From: a virus
Taxonomy: Duplodnaviria > Caudoviricetes
IMG/VR virus record: IMGVR_UViG_3300024996_000122
Location: 1-28,173 of that record
Length of the DNA stretch: 28,173 nucleotides
Reading direction: 5' to 3' (one strand)
This document shows, piece after piece, positions 1 through 9,657 of this stretch; position 1 is the stretch's first letter, and each line of letters opens with the position of its first letter. Both the position numbers and the translations under genes were made by a program. The notes beneath the pieces were generated by a model. The model was not told the DNA's origin, did no database searches, and saw nothing but the letters and a program-made list of their open reading frames with translations.

Positions 1-567
1 TTATCCGACCAATCCCGACCGTCCGGACTCGAAGCAGAGCAGCCGACCGGGCGCGCCGATCAGATTGAACAGCGCCCCTTGGACCCGCTGATACCCGTCC
101 GCCCGGATCCGAACCACGCCCGGCCCCTGGAGCGCGACGTAAGACCAGATCCCCAGGTTAAGCTGGGTGCCCGACGGCGAGACGTCGAGGTAGGTCGTGG
201 TCAGGTCCGGCGAAGCGATCCAGACCCGCAAGACGTTTTGCGAGGCGGGCGCGCCGTTGGCGCGGAAGTAGGCCGCGACCAGCACGGGGGCGCCTGTGGC
301 GAGCGTCACGTCGATCCCGCCCCCGCCCCAGGTGACCGGGGACCGAGACGCGCCTCCCGGCAACGCCATTCCGGTGTTTGGTACCGGGGTGTCCGGACCC
401 AAGTCCGTGCGCGCCGTGCCCACCCGCGCGACCGAAGTGATCGACGGCGGCAAAGATTGGATTGCGGTATCGACATCCGACATTATGAAGTAGCCGGCCG
501 AACCCTTGCCCGCGGGCCAGTCGCCGCCGACGGCCGAGTCGAAACCGATGTAGGTCGCGGTCGGCAT
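1..567 (-). CDS. Hypothetical tail-associated protein (188 aa)
   Basis: ATG at 567 overlaps upstream stop (TGATG); [15 protein letters not shown]...; TAA at 1-3; follows the fibre gene. Confidence 0.7.
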   Translation of the reverse strand: MPTATYIGFDSAVGGDWPAGKGSAGYFIMSDVDTAIQSLPPSITSVARVGTARTDLGPDTPVPNTGMALPGGASRSPVTWGGGGIDVTLATGAPVLVAAYFRANGAPASQNVLRVWIASPDLTTTYLDVSPSGTQLNLGIWSYVALQGPGVVRIRADGYQRVQGALFNLIGAPGRLLCFESGRSGLVG

Positions 568-1622
568 CAGGCGGGCCTCCCGTAGACCGAGACCAGCAGC
601 CCGCGGACGTCGGCGCCCGTCGCGCCGACGACGGTCGGCAGGATCGCGGCGCCCTTGGCGGCGATCGGCGAGCCCGAGGCCGAATCCTCGGATGGTCCGG
701 TCGACCCCGCCGCCAACGCCAGGGCCGAGCCGAGAACGGACGATCCGGCGACCTTGATTTGGACCGACGCGCCGCCGGTGGCGCCGGCGGGGTTGGCGAG
801 GGCCGTGACAATTACCCGCAGCGAGGAGATGGCGACGGGCGCCGAGGCCCATTGATCGAAGTCGCCGCCGGCGACGGCCGCGTCGATCGGGGTCCGCCAG
901 CGGGCGATCAAGACTTCCTGGACCGCCCGAAGCTTGTACGGGCTGGCGGCCGTGCCCGCGCCGGATTCAATCGCGATCGAGCCGTCGGTCGGCAGGTCGA
1001 TCAAGCCGGCGACCGTGTTGGGGCCGGGGTCGCCCTGGTCTCCCTTGTCACCTTTCTCGCCGGCGGACCCCGGGGCGCCGGGGTCGCCTTGCTCACCTTG
1101 GATTCCTTGGATTCCTTGCTCGCCCCTGGGGCCCTGGATTCCTTGCGGGCCTTGCTCGCCTTGTTCGCCCTTGGGGCCTTGCTCGCCTTGTTCGCCCTTG
1201 GGGCCTTGCTCGCCTTGTTCGCCCTTGGGGCCTTGCTCGCCTTGCGGCCCGTCCGGGATGGCGGCGATCAGACCAGCCAGCCTCACGCACTCTCGCCACA
1301 GTTCCGTGAGGTCGAACGCCGTCCTGACGCAGGCGACCGCGTCGCCTTCGCGCGGCGCCTCGTCCGGCCAGCCCGGGAGCGTTCCGGCGATCGCCAACGA
1401 ATCCCCGTCGACCCCCGACACCAGTGCGGTGCCGACCGGTTCCGGCGGATCGGTCCACGGCGCGGCCGGATTCCGCCGGAAGATCACGATCGGCATCGGC
1501 GTTTCCGGCGTCGGCGATCCGGCGGCGAACGCCGCGCCGGTCCCCGCCGTGATCGGCAGGGAGCCGCCAACCACCGGGCCGAGGCACTTCGCCTTCGCGT
1601 TGTCGGCATAAGAGTAGGCCAT
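567..1622 (-). CDS. Collagen-like tail fibre protein
   Basis: Central Gly-X-Y run ([12 protein letters not shown]...[11 protein letters not shown]); distal position in tail module. Confidence 0.8.
   Translation of the reverse strand: MAYSYADNAKAKCLGPVVGGSLPITAGTGAAFAAGSPTPETPMPIVIFRRNPAAPWTDPPEPVGTALVSGVDGDSLAIAGTLPGWPDEAPREGDAVACVRTAFDLTELWRECVRLAGLIAAIPDGPQGEQGPKGEQGEQGPKGEQGEQGPKGEQGEQGPQGIQGPRGEQGIQGIQGEQGDPGAPGSAGEKGDKGDQGDPGPNTVAGLIDLPTDGSIAIESGAGTAASPYKLRAVQEVLIARWRTPIDAAVAGGDFDQWASAPVAISSLRVIVTALANPAGATGGASVQIKVAGSSVLGSALALAAGSTGPSEDSASGSPIAAKGAAILPTVVGATGADVRGLLVSVYGRPA
1150..1244. repeat. 27-bp perfect tandem repeat, about 3.5 copies, coding the collagen unit GPKGEQGEQ
   Basis: ccttgctcgccttgttcgcccttgggg at 1150, 1177, 1204 and partial at 1231. 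Confidence 0.95.
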
Positions 1623-1640
1623 CGCCGTTACGCTCCAGCG

Positions 1641-2006
1641 TCAAAGATAAAACGGGGCCCGCGTGGTTCCGTACAGCTCCGACGCGCCGATCGTCCTGGT
1701 TTTGGACAGCAACTCGTTGTTCGCGCCGAGGGTGTAGACCACCGCGTAGGCGGTGGGGTCGTCCGTCACCAGGATCGGGACCGGGGCCGACTGCTCGGCC
1801 GGGTCGTCCGGCGACGCGACGAACGCCCAGAGCGAGTCGGCGACGACGAGCTCGTCGACCCAATCCATTATGTCCGCCTTGAGGTATTGGATCGCGCCGG
1901 CGGAACCGTCGCGGCGGGTCGACTGCCGTTTGTAGATCACGCCCATGCGGGACTCGGTCCCGTACCGCAGCCGGCCCGGCGCGAAGTCGACCGATGACGT
2001 CGCCAT
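1641..2006 (-). CDS. Hypothetical protein (121 aa), tail region
   Basis: ATG at 2006 preceded by GGAGGG RBS; MATSSVDFAPGRLRYG... Confidence 0.7.
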   Translation of the reverse strand: MATSSVDFAPGRLRYGTESRMGVIYKRQSTRRDGSAGAIQYLKADIMDWVDELVVADSLWAFVASPDDPAEQSAPVPILVTDDPTAYAVVYTLGANNELLSKTRTIGASELYGTTRAPFYL

Positions 2007-2038
2007 GAAAACCCTCCGTTCGGCCCGACGCGGGGCCG

Positions 2039-2692
2039 TCAACCGCGACGCAAGGCGTCGAGCCTCTCGTCGATCAGTCTGATCTTGTTCGCCCACACGG
2101 TCCTCGCGTTGGACCGGCTTCGCTTCGTCACGCCCGGCTTGTAACCCCCGCCGGGTCGCTTCGCCCTGACGTGCCATCGCTCGGGACGGCGCATCGGGAC
2201 CGACCGGCCGTACTCCTCGATATAGGACGGCCCGATCGCGGCCAGAAGCCCCGCGTGGGCCGCCGCCAGGCGTTTCGTCACGGCTTGAGTCCCGATGCCG
2301 AACACCTTCGCCGCTTCGGGATGACTCATCCCCAGCCGGTGCCTGGCGTCGATAAGGTTCGCGAAGCTCGGCTTGTCCTTCAAAGCGTTCTCGACGTCGA
2401 TCCACAGGTCCGCGGCTTCCGTCCAGTTCATAAAGCGGACGGCCTCTCGCGGTTTGGCCAAGGTGGCGGCGCGAGAGGCTTTCCAGGTCATGGACGCGCG
2501 GCGTTCGTCCTGCATCGCCTGCCTCACGGCCGTGATCCGCACGCCGACGGGCTTGCCGGCCGTTCGCCAGTCCGCGATCCTCCCGATCTGACGAAGGTCG
2601 TCGCGATCCAGGTCGACGTCGGCGTACCGCTTGCCGTAAGCCTCGATCGCTCGTCGAACTCTCGCGTCGTCATCCTCGCCCGTCAACGCCAT
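2039..2692 (-). CDS. Sigma-70 region-4-like HTH DNA-binding protein
   Basis: LIDARHRLGMSHPEAAKVFGIGTQAVTKRLAAAHAGL resembles the ECF sigma region 4 HTH. Confidence 0.6.
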   Translation of the reverse strand: MALTGEDDDARVRRAIEAYGKRYADVDLDRDDLRQIGRIADWRTAGKPVGVRITAVRQAMQDERRASMTWKASRAATLAKPREAVRFMNWTEAADLWIDVENALKDKPSFANLIDARHRLGMSHPEAAKVFGIGTQAVTKRLAAAHAGLLAAIGPSYIEEYGRSVPMRRPERWHVRAKRPGGGYKPGVTKRSRSNARTVWANKIRLIDERLDALRRG

Positions 2693-3065
2693 CCCGTCTC
2701 GCCCTCGGTCCGCCGTCGCGGACGCAACGTAGGCATTCCGACATCGCCACGTCCTTATTATATCGCCTGCAACGGCGGACCTCCGCGCAGGAGCAGCCGA
2801 CCCACGGGCCCGCGTCGGGGCAGGACCGGGCGGCGCCGAGCAGGACTGGAATGGGTGACGGGGGGGGCGGCGGCGGTGGCGACGGCGCGGGATCGATGGA
2901 CGTCGAGACGGCGGGCGGGCCGTTCGTCGCGACGTCCACCGAGATGGCGATGACGGTCGCTATCGCGGCCACGTCGCCGAAGGCCACCATGTCGCACGCG
3001 AAGCCGTATCGCGGGTCGGCGTCGGCGCGACACCGGCCGGTCACGGGGCACGCCTCGCACCTCAC
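2670..3065 (-). CDS. Small Cys-rich protein with poly-Pro linker (131 aa)
   Basis: GTG at 3065 overlaps upstream stop (GTGA); CEAC, CSC, CLRC motifs. Confidence 0.65.
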   Translation of the reverse strand: MRCEACPVTGRCRADADPRYGFACDMVAFGDVAAIATVIAISVDVATNGPPAVSTSIDPAPSPPPPPPPSPIPVLLGAARSCPDAGPWVGCSCAEVRRCRRYNKDVAMSECLRCVRDGGPRARRDGVDGRG

Positions 3066-4249
3066 GGCAACTCCTCCGTGAGCGTCGCCCATTTCAACGG
3101 GAGGGGGGCCGGATAATAATAGTCTTGGTCGACGTAGTCGTAATTCCAAGCCCATGCGGCGCCGTCGCTTGACCCGTCGCTCCTGACCGCCGACCCGAAA
3201 TCGAACCTGAGCGACAACGGATCGTCGCTCATTACCGTAGGGTATACGTATGCGTGCGCGACTGACGAGTTGACGGAGCCGTCGGTTTGCGTCGCGAGGT
3301 CGTACCAGTTTTTCCCGGACACGTTGTAGTCGACGGCCCCGGCGCGACACACGTGGTCGGTCATCGGGTCGTATTGGACGAACGACTTGGCGGGGGCGTA
3401 CCCGATCACCGCTAGCCAGCGGGTGGCGCCACCCCCCGGAGGCGACGTGATCCCGATCCGGAGCGGGAGGTTGAACACGCCGTCCGCCATATCGGGGAAC
3501 CAATCATAGCGGCAGTCTGGAAAAGGCGGGTTGCTCGTCGTCTTGCTGACGACCGCGCCGCCGCACGGAACCGCGTCGCTCGAAACGATTTGTTCGTTTG
3601 AGCATGCGTCGAACGTGTAAGAAGCTCCGGACGACGTGACGACGCGAAGTCGCCCTCTCGGTAGCGCGCCGCTGACTCCGGCCGTCGCGAGCGACGGGGC
3701 GCAGCACCGGAACCCGTCCGCCGCCGGCAAGGCCACGGGATCGTAGGCGCCAACGAAACCGCACGGCGACGAGATCGGCTTCGTGACGGACTTCCATCTC
3801 GGGCCAGGTGGGACAAACGTGACGCTGGCCCCAGTAGGCACGGACGACAAGCGGATTCGCCCGTCGCTTCCCGTCGCGAGCGACGGGACCGCGTCGCCGT
3901 CGATCTCCACGGTGACTCCGGCGACCGTCATGCCGTCGCACTGCCTGGTTACGACCGCTCCATATCCCTTGCTGGTGATCGAGACGTAATGCGTCACTCC
4001 GCAAACGCCGTGAAAGGCCACCGGATCGGCGGCCCATCCCGGCTTGGCGGCGACCGCGACGTAGTCGCCTTCGTCAGCCTCGAACTCGGCGTACCCCGTC
4101 GCGTCGGCGGTGGTCGACCCGACGACGCCGCCGTCGGGTCGCGTCAACGCCACGGCCACGCCCGGAGGGATGGCGACCCCACACGTCCCGGTGAGTTGAA
4201 TTCCGATTTTGCACGGTACAGGCCCGCAACAGCAACGCCCTCGTCTCAT
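3062..4249 (-). CDS. Putative tail-tip/receptor-binding protein with N-terminal CCC motif and prealbumin-like (carboxypeptidase-regulatory-like) repeats
   Basis: ATG at 4249 overlaps upstream stop (ATGA); two segments of the form GVxVxx..TxxxGxxxx (TTADATGYAEF, LATGSDGRIRL). Confidence 0.6.
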   Translation of the reverse strand: MRRGRCCCGPVPCKIGIQLTGTCGVAIPPGVAVALTRPDGGVVGSTTADATGYAEFEADEGDYVAVAAKPGWAADPVAFHGVCGVTHYVSITSKGYGAVVTRQCDGMTVAGVTVEIDGDAVPSLATGSDGRIRLSSVPTGASVTFVPPGPRWKSVTKPISSPCGFVGAYDPVALPAADGFRCCAPSLATAGVSGALPRGRLRVVTSSGASYTFDACSNEQIVSSDAVPCGGAVVSKTTSNPPFPDCRYDWFPDMADGVFNLPLRIGITSPPGGGATRWLAVIGYAPAKSFVQYDPMTDHVCRAGAVDYNVSGKNWYDLATQTDGSVNSSVAHAYVYPTVMSDDPLSLRFDFGSAVRSDGSSDGAAWAWNYDYVDQDYYYPAPLPLKWATLTEELP

Positions 4250-4617
4250 GACGACTCGCATTCCTCCGGGGTGAACCACGGCGCGCCCGCCTCGTCGATC
4301 ATCAGGAGCCCTCGCTTGCCACTGGATACCTCGCCGCCGACGTTATTGGCGGTCAGGGGATCGCCGTCGTCGACGTAGTTTCCATCCCCGTCGATCTTGA
4401 GCGGCTGGACGGTCCCGGCGCCGGGGGTCGTGGCGTCGCTGGCGGCGATCACCGTGGTGGCGCGGGCCACGCGGACGACCGACTTTCCGCCGCTCGACGT
4501 TCCACCGCCGCTCGCCGCGGCGAGGGCGTAGTGGCGCTGGAGGAGTTCCAGCAGCTTGTCCTCCAGGTCGTCGAGGCGGCGTTCGTGGACCTGGAGCATG
4601 CGTTCGGCGATCGGCAA
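4246..4617 (-). CDS. Hypothetical minor tail protein
   Basis: TTG at 4617 after GGAAAGGA...GAGG (alternative ATG at 4599); coiled coil then beta-rich region; coupled to the next gene. Confidence 0.6.
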   Translation of the reverse strand: MPIAERMLQVHERRLDDLEDKLLELLQRHYALAAASGGGTSSGGKSVVRVARATTVIAASDATTPGAGTVQPLKIDGDGNYVDDGDPLTANNVGGEVSSGKRGLLMIDEAGAPWFTPEECESS

Positions 4618-4619
4618 CC

Positions 4620-6578
4620 TCAGCGTCCTTTCCGGCCAGGGGAGATCACGGAATCGTCCCTGCCCCAGGTGTAGCCTTCGCGCTGACGTTCCGGCGGTAG
4701 GAACCCGTCCGGTTGGAGCGATCGGCGTCGGTTCGACGCCTGGATCGTCATGGTGTGGAACGTGGCGGCCAGGTTGTTCCACTCCAGGGACACCGATCGG
4801 ATCGGCAGATTGGCGTCCTCCAGGCCGGTGGCCGCGAAGTCGGAAGCCACCGAGAGCCCGTTGGCGAAGTCCAGGGCCGGGAGCCACAGCTTCTTCACCA
4901 CGATCGTGACGTCCACGGTCACGTCCTTGCAGGCGTTGAGAAGCTCGCGGGCGTAGGCTTCCTGGGACGGCAGGTTGTTCGGGTCGGTCCAGTCCTTGAC
5001 GTATTCGACGGCGGTCGTCGTCACGCCGTATCGGGAGTTCGCCGATCCTTCGTATCCCGACGTCGGGACCCTCACGGCGAGCGTTCCGACGTTGACGGCG
5101 AGCAACACCTTCACGTCGTCCGGCTTCTTGCCGGCCGTCAGGTAGGTCGGCCGGGTGAACGTGACGTAGCCGTCGCCGTCGAGCGTGAAGTCGTCCGTCG
5201 ATTCCTTGTACGGCGGCGCCCCGGTTTCGGACCACGCGACCGAGGCCATCGGGTAGCTCGTCGTCGTGGCGGCCTGGCCGTCGGCCCACACCCAAACCCC
5301 GTCGGTCGAGAACTTACGCGCGAGGGCGGCGCGGATGGCCGGGTCGGCGACCCGATACCGCCTGTAGACCAGGGCCGCCCCGGAGTTCTTGCCGAGCAAC
5401 TCGAATCGGGTGTAGTCGGTTGCTGGCAGCGGTTCGTCGAGCGTGATCGAGCACGTCCCGCCCGCCGTCAGGGCCGTGTTGGCGACGACGCGGCGGGTCA
5501 CGGTCGAGTCGACCCCGGCGACGACGGCGACGTGGAGGACGACCATGCCGGCCCAGCCGTCCTGGGCCCAAGCGTTCGCGGCCCAGGCCTGGGTCGGGTC
5601 GGACGGGTCGATCGTGACGTGGAGCGTGTCGTCGACGACGCACGTCCCTTCCGATCGGTTGCCCCGGAGGTAATCGTCCGGAGACCACGCCGCCTCGGCC
5701 TGGGCGACCGTCAGGTCGTCGTGAGCGTAAGCCGGTTCCAGGCCGCCGTTGGAGAGACTGACCAGCTTCGCCTCGGTCCTCGGCCGCCCCCGAATCACCA
5801 CCGCGGCCTTGCAATCGGCGACCGACCTTCGGATCGTGGGCGGCATGGCCCGGTCGATCGGGTCGCCGAGCTTCAGCACTTGCTCGACCGGCGACCGCGA
5901 ATCCAGGAAGCGGATCACGCCGTCGCCGCCGACGACCATGTCGCGGTTGGGGGCGTTGGTCTCCAGAAAGCTCGACACGGCCGAGAGCAGCTTGTTGCCG
6001 GCGACGGTCAGGATCTTGGTCGGGATCCGGTCGAGCGCGGCGAGGTCGGCGACGGTGGCGGGGGGGAGCGAGTAAGCGCCTGACGACACGGTGTAGCCGC
6101 CGATCCCCATGGCCGAGAGCGCGGCGGCGTTGTCGGCCATGGTCAGGACGTCGGCGACAACCTCGCCCACGGTCCTGCCCGATCGGCCGGGGACGTAAAG
6201 CACGTCGCTCGCCGGCCGGTTGTAGTTCGCCTCCTCGGTCCTGGTGTTGGAATCCACGAGCGGGACCAGGTCGCCGCGGTTGCGGAGGTCGCGGACCTGA
6301 TAGGTGACGGCCTGACCGGCGGCGGTCGACTCGATCTGTTCGTCGACGACGTCGCCGACGAACGCCGTCCCGAAGCCGTCGATCTCGACCCGAACCTCCT
6401 TCGCCAGCAGCGAATCGGCCGGGTCGGGCGCGGCGAAGACCGGGACTTTCGGCGAGTACTTCCGTCGCTGGAGCGTCAACGTCCCGAATCCGCCGCGTTC
6501 GAGGTCGAGCCGTCCGAGCCACACATCGTCGCCGGCCTGGTCGATCGCGGTTCCGCCGATCTTGATCGTCGTCGCCAT
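4620..6578 (-). CDS. Large minor tail / hub-like protein (652 aa)
   Basis: Immediately downstream of tape measure; beta-rich; GDVVD...VTYQVRDL pattern typical of tail hub proteins. Confidence 0.65.
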   Translation of the reverse strand: MATTIKIGGTAIDQAGDDVWLGRLDLERGGFGTLTLQRRKYSPKVPVFAAPDPADSLLAKEVRVEIDGFGTAFVGDVVDEQIESTAAGQAVTYQVRDLRNRGDLVPLVDSNTRTEEANYNRPASDVLYVPGRSGRTVGEVVADVLTMADNAAALSAMGIGGYTVSSGAYSLPPATVADLAALDRIPTKILTVAGNKLLSAVSSFLETNAPNRDMVVGGDGVIRFLDSRSPVEQVLKLGDPIDRAMPPTIRRSVADCKAAVVIRGRPRTEAKLVSLSNGGLEPAYAHDDLTVAQAEAAWSPDDYLRGNRSEGTCVVDDTLHVTIDPSDPTQAWAANAWAQDGWAGMVVLHVAVVAGVDSTVTRRVVANTALTAGGTCSITLDEPLPATDYTRFELLGKNSGAALVYRRYRVADPAIRAALARKFSTDGVWVWADGQAATTTSYPMASVAWSETGAPPYKESTDDFTLDGDGYVTFTRPTYLTAGKKPDDVKVLLAVNVGTLAVRVPTSGYEGSANSRYGVTTTAVEYVKDWTDPNNLPSQEAYARELLNACKDVTVDVTIVVKKLWLPALDFANGLSVASDFAATGLEDANLPIRSVSLEWNNLAATFHTMTIQASNRRRSLQPDGFLPPERQREGYTWGRDDSVISPGRKGR

Positions 6579-6587
6579 TGGTCGCGG

Positions 6588-8831
6588 TCAAAGCCCGTTG
6601 GGGTTGAGGATCGATCGCACCTGCGACGCGCCCTGGCGCATCGAATCGATGCGGCCGGCGTACTGGTTCCCGTGGTCCGCCAGCATCCGCTGGTTCGCTA
6701 TCATTTGCTGCTGGAGTTCCATCAGGGCCGACATGATCGCCTCGGTCCGGGACATGCCGCTCATCATGCCTTGCTCGGCCATGCCGGCGGCCGTGGAGAG
6801 TTGGCCTTCATCGAGGTCGAACCCCTCGTTGTAGGCCGTCCGCTTGAGCGGCTTGCGGATCGCCGACCGGCGGCGGACCCCGGCGAGGTCGAGCTCCTCC
6901 ATCATCCGGTCCTGGAACTCGTCGGGCGACTCGACGCGGTTCCCCTGGTCGTCGAACTTGGTCGCCAGGTCCTCGAACGAGTTCACGCCCTCGAACGGGT
7001 CCGGAGCGGTCTTGGCGAGGGCGGCGTAGATTCGCTTCTGGGCTTCATCGGCCTTCTTTTCGACGCCCTGGACGCCGGCCTCGACGCCATCGACGATCGC
7101 GTCGATCCGCCCCTTGACGGCCATGGCGGTCGCCTCGGCGTCCTTGGCGAAGTCTTCCGGGCCGAGCTTCTTGAGTTCGGCGGCCACCTTCTCGCCGGCC
7201 TTCTTGATCTTGTCGACCGCGGCGTCGGCGACGTCCTCGGGGACGAGGTTCGACGCCGCCTCCTTGACCTTGCCGCCGGCCTCCTTGATCTTCTTAGCGG
7301 CCGTCTCGACGTACTCCTTCGTGACCTCCTCCCACGCCTTGCGGTCGAGCGCGGATTCGGCGAAGCTCTTGGCCTGGGCCTCGAACAGCTTGGCGTACTG
7401 GCTTTGCGAGCCGGACAGGGTTTCGGCGATCTTCTTGATCGCGTCTTCGTCTCCCTTGAGGACCGCGTCCGCGACGGCGTTGGCGGCCCTGGCCGCGATC
7501 GCCGCCTGGGTCTGGGTCCGCGTCTCGCCCAGTTCGGTCACGCGCCGAAGCGCTGCGGCCCCGGCCTTCCGGTCCCCCGATTCGACGGCCGCGTCGTAGG
7601 CCCGCCCCGCGGCCTGGAACGCGGCCTCGACGTTGGCGAGTTCCTCGGACTTCCGGGTCATCTGGACCGTCAGCGACTGAATGACGTCCCCGGTCTTGCC
7701 GGTCAATTCGTCCTGGAGCGTGTCGGCGGCCTTCTTGGCGTCGGCGACCGCCTCCTTGGTCTGGAGCGCCGCGAGCTTCTCCGTGTTGACCTTCGCCTGC
7801 TTGGCCTCGACTAAATCCCGCTCCAGGCGGGCGTTCTCCATGAGCCGCTTGTTGTACTCGTCTAACTCGGCCCCGGTCAAATAACCCTTTTCGGCGGCTT
7901 CCTTCATCCATGCGGCGTTCTCCTTGATCGCCGCCGACAACTTCACCGTCTCGTCGGTCACGCCGGGAATCGCCTCGCGAAGGTCCCTGACCCCCGAGTA
8001 CCAATTCGCCAACGACGGCCCCAACAGGACCCCGAGTGGACCCATGGCCGCGTAGACAACCTTGGCTCCGAGCGATGCTTCTTGAAACCCTTTGGTGGAT
8101 TCCACCAGGGTCTCCGACAATTTGCCGAGTACGGTATCGCCTTGTTCGATCGAATCGTACCAGGCTTTGATTTGCGGGCCGACGACCAGGGCGGCGGTGC
8201 CGACACCGAGCAGGCCGGCCGACAGGCCGGCCGCGGCCGTGGCTGAGATCCCCAGGCCCCTGCCGAGACTGTAAACGACGCCGTCCACGTTATTGAGACC
8301 CGACGCCCACCCCCCCTGGGCCACGTCCTGCATAGCCTGGGACGTCTGCAACGCCCCTCGGGACAGGGCTTGCATCCGATCGGACGACTTTTGGGCGGAG
8401 GATCCCATCGCCTCGATTCCCGCCGCCGCCGACCGATGGGATGCCCCCGCCCGCTCCGCCGCCGCCGCGGAACGGTCAAGCGCCCCGATCTCGGCTTCGA
8501 CCGCCTGGACGACCTTGTTGGGGACGGCGACGAGGAAGGTCTCTTCGTCGGCCCCGACGCGCTTCATGACCGCCGAGGCTCGGGCCAGCGCGTCCTGAAA
8601 CTCGGTCGTGGCCCTGGTGGCCTCTTGGATCGGCTTGAGCCCGACACCCGACAGGTCGCCGAATACCGACCCGCCCGACCCCGACGTCTTCGATTCGGCG
8701 GCGGCGACGAGGTCGTAGGCATCGGCGACCCCCTTCGCGGCTTCCTTGACGCGGGTCAGACCGGAGGCGAGTTCTCCGGTCTTGACGGTCGTGTCCTTGA
8801 GATCCAGGCCGAGTTCTATGTTGTCAGCCAT
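6588..8831 (-). CDS. Tail tape measure protein (747 aa)
   Basis: Ala/Glu/Lys-rich helical protein with Gly/Ala hydrophobic segments; ALQTSQAMQDVAQGG motif; position before tail-tip genes. Confidence 0.8.
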   Translation of the reverse strand: MADNIELGLDLKDTTVKTGELASGLTRVKEAAKGVADAYDLVAAAESKTSGSGGSVFGDLSGVGLKPIQEATRATTEFQDALARASAVMKRVGADEETFLVAVPNKVVQAVEAEIGALDRSAAAAERAGASHRSAAAGIEAMGSSAQKSSDRMQALSRGALQTSQAMQDVAQGGWASGLNNVDGVVYSLGRGLGISATAAAGLSAGLLGVGTAALVVGPQIKAWYDSIEQGDTVLGKLSETLVESTKGFQEASLGAKVVYAAMGPLGVLLGPSLANWYSGVRDLREAIPGVTDETVKLSAAIKENAAWMKEAAEKGYLTGAELDEYNKRLMENARLERDLVEAKQAKVNTEKLAALQTKEAVADAKKAADTLQDELTGKTGDVIQSLTVQMTRKSEELANVEAAFQAAGRAYDAAVESGDRKAGAAALRRVTELGETRTQTQAAIAARAANAVADAVLKGDEDAIKKIAETLSGSQSQYAKLFEAQAKSFAESALDRKAWEEVTKEYVETAAKKIKEAGGKVKEAASNLVPEDVADAAVDKIKKAGEKVAAELKKLGPEDFAKDAEATAMAVKGRIDAIVDGVEAGVQGVEKKADEAQKRIYAALAKTAPDPFEGVNSFEDLATKFDDQGNRVESPDEFQDRMMEELDLAGVRRRSAIRKPLKRTAYNEGFDLDEGQLSTAAGMAEQGMMSGMSRTEAIMSALMELQQQMIANQRMLADHGNQYAGRIDSMRQGASQVRSILNPNGL

Positions 8832-8917
8832 TGTTGCTTGTCACGGAGCGATTTTGTAAGCTATCGCGGGCATGTCCAGTAAACCGATGAGTCGCGCTGG
8901 AGAGGAGGATCGGATCC

Positions 8918-9193
8918 GTGGAATACGCCCTACCGTACATCCTGGCCTATGATCTGGCTCGTTGCGTCTCCGGCTGCATCGCCCTTTGGGTCGCGACCCA
9001 AAAAAAGCGGCCGCCTCTAGAAGGCTGGCTCGTCGGGTTCTTCCTCGGCCTACTGGGAGTCTTGATCGAGGCGTGCTTGCCGACGCGGACCAAGGTCAAG
9101 CCCAGAAAGCGAATCCCCACCGTCGAGCGTTACAAGGAGCCGGAGTACGATGCTGGCGAGTCGGAGGCCGCCGACTGGATCACGGGGGGATGA
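8918..9193 (+). CDS. Small membrane protein (moron), paralog of 9239-9610
   Basis: GGAGAGGAGG RBS; two hydrophobic segments; ATQKKR...EGWLVGFFLGLLGVLI. Confidence 0.75.
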   Translation: MEYALPYILAYDLARCVSGCIALWVATQKKRPPLEGWLVGFFLGLLGVLIEACLPTRTKVKPRKRIPTVERYKEPEYDAGESEAADWITGG

Positions 9194-9238
9194 CGTCCAA
9201 TCCAAGTCCAGTGTTGTTCGACATAAGAGGTCGTTCCG

Positions 9239-9610
9239 ATGACGGGCGTAATCTCTTTTCTGGTCGCCGTCGGCTTCACGTGGCTCGCGTTCGGCCTGAT
9301 CGGCGGCTACATCGCGACGGCGAAGGGCCGAGACGCTTTCGAGGGCGCGTTGTTCGGGTTCTTGCTGGGACCGATCGGCCTACTGGTGGCCGCGATGCTG
9401 CCGAACGTTCAGAGGACCGCCGACATTCGGCCGGCCCAACCTGAGCCGCCGGCCGTTCGACCAATCCCCACGCCCGGCCGCGTCAACGTGACGGCCCGCG
9501 ACGACTTCCTGGCCGACGCGCTCGTGGATTTCAGACGACGGTCGGAGTCCGATGAATCGAGTGAAGAGTCTCCGGGCGACTCGCGATCGATCCGGATCGA
9601 CAGGTCGTGA
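9239..9610 (+). CDS. Small membrane protein (moron), paralog of 8918-9193
   Basis: GAGG RBS; two hydrophobic segments; ATAKGR...EGALFGFLLGPIGLLV. Confidence 0.75.
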   Translation: MTGVISFLVAVGFTWLAFGLIGGYIATAKGRDAFEGALFGFLLGPIGLLVAAMLPNVQRTADIRPAQPEPPAVRPIPTPGRVNVTARDDFLADALVDFRRRSESDESSEESPGDSRSIRIDRS

Positions 9611-9657
9611 ACGTCGACACTTCGCCCACTCGGAGACGAGTTCTCCGGCCTTGACGT

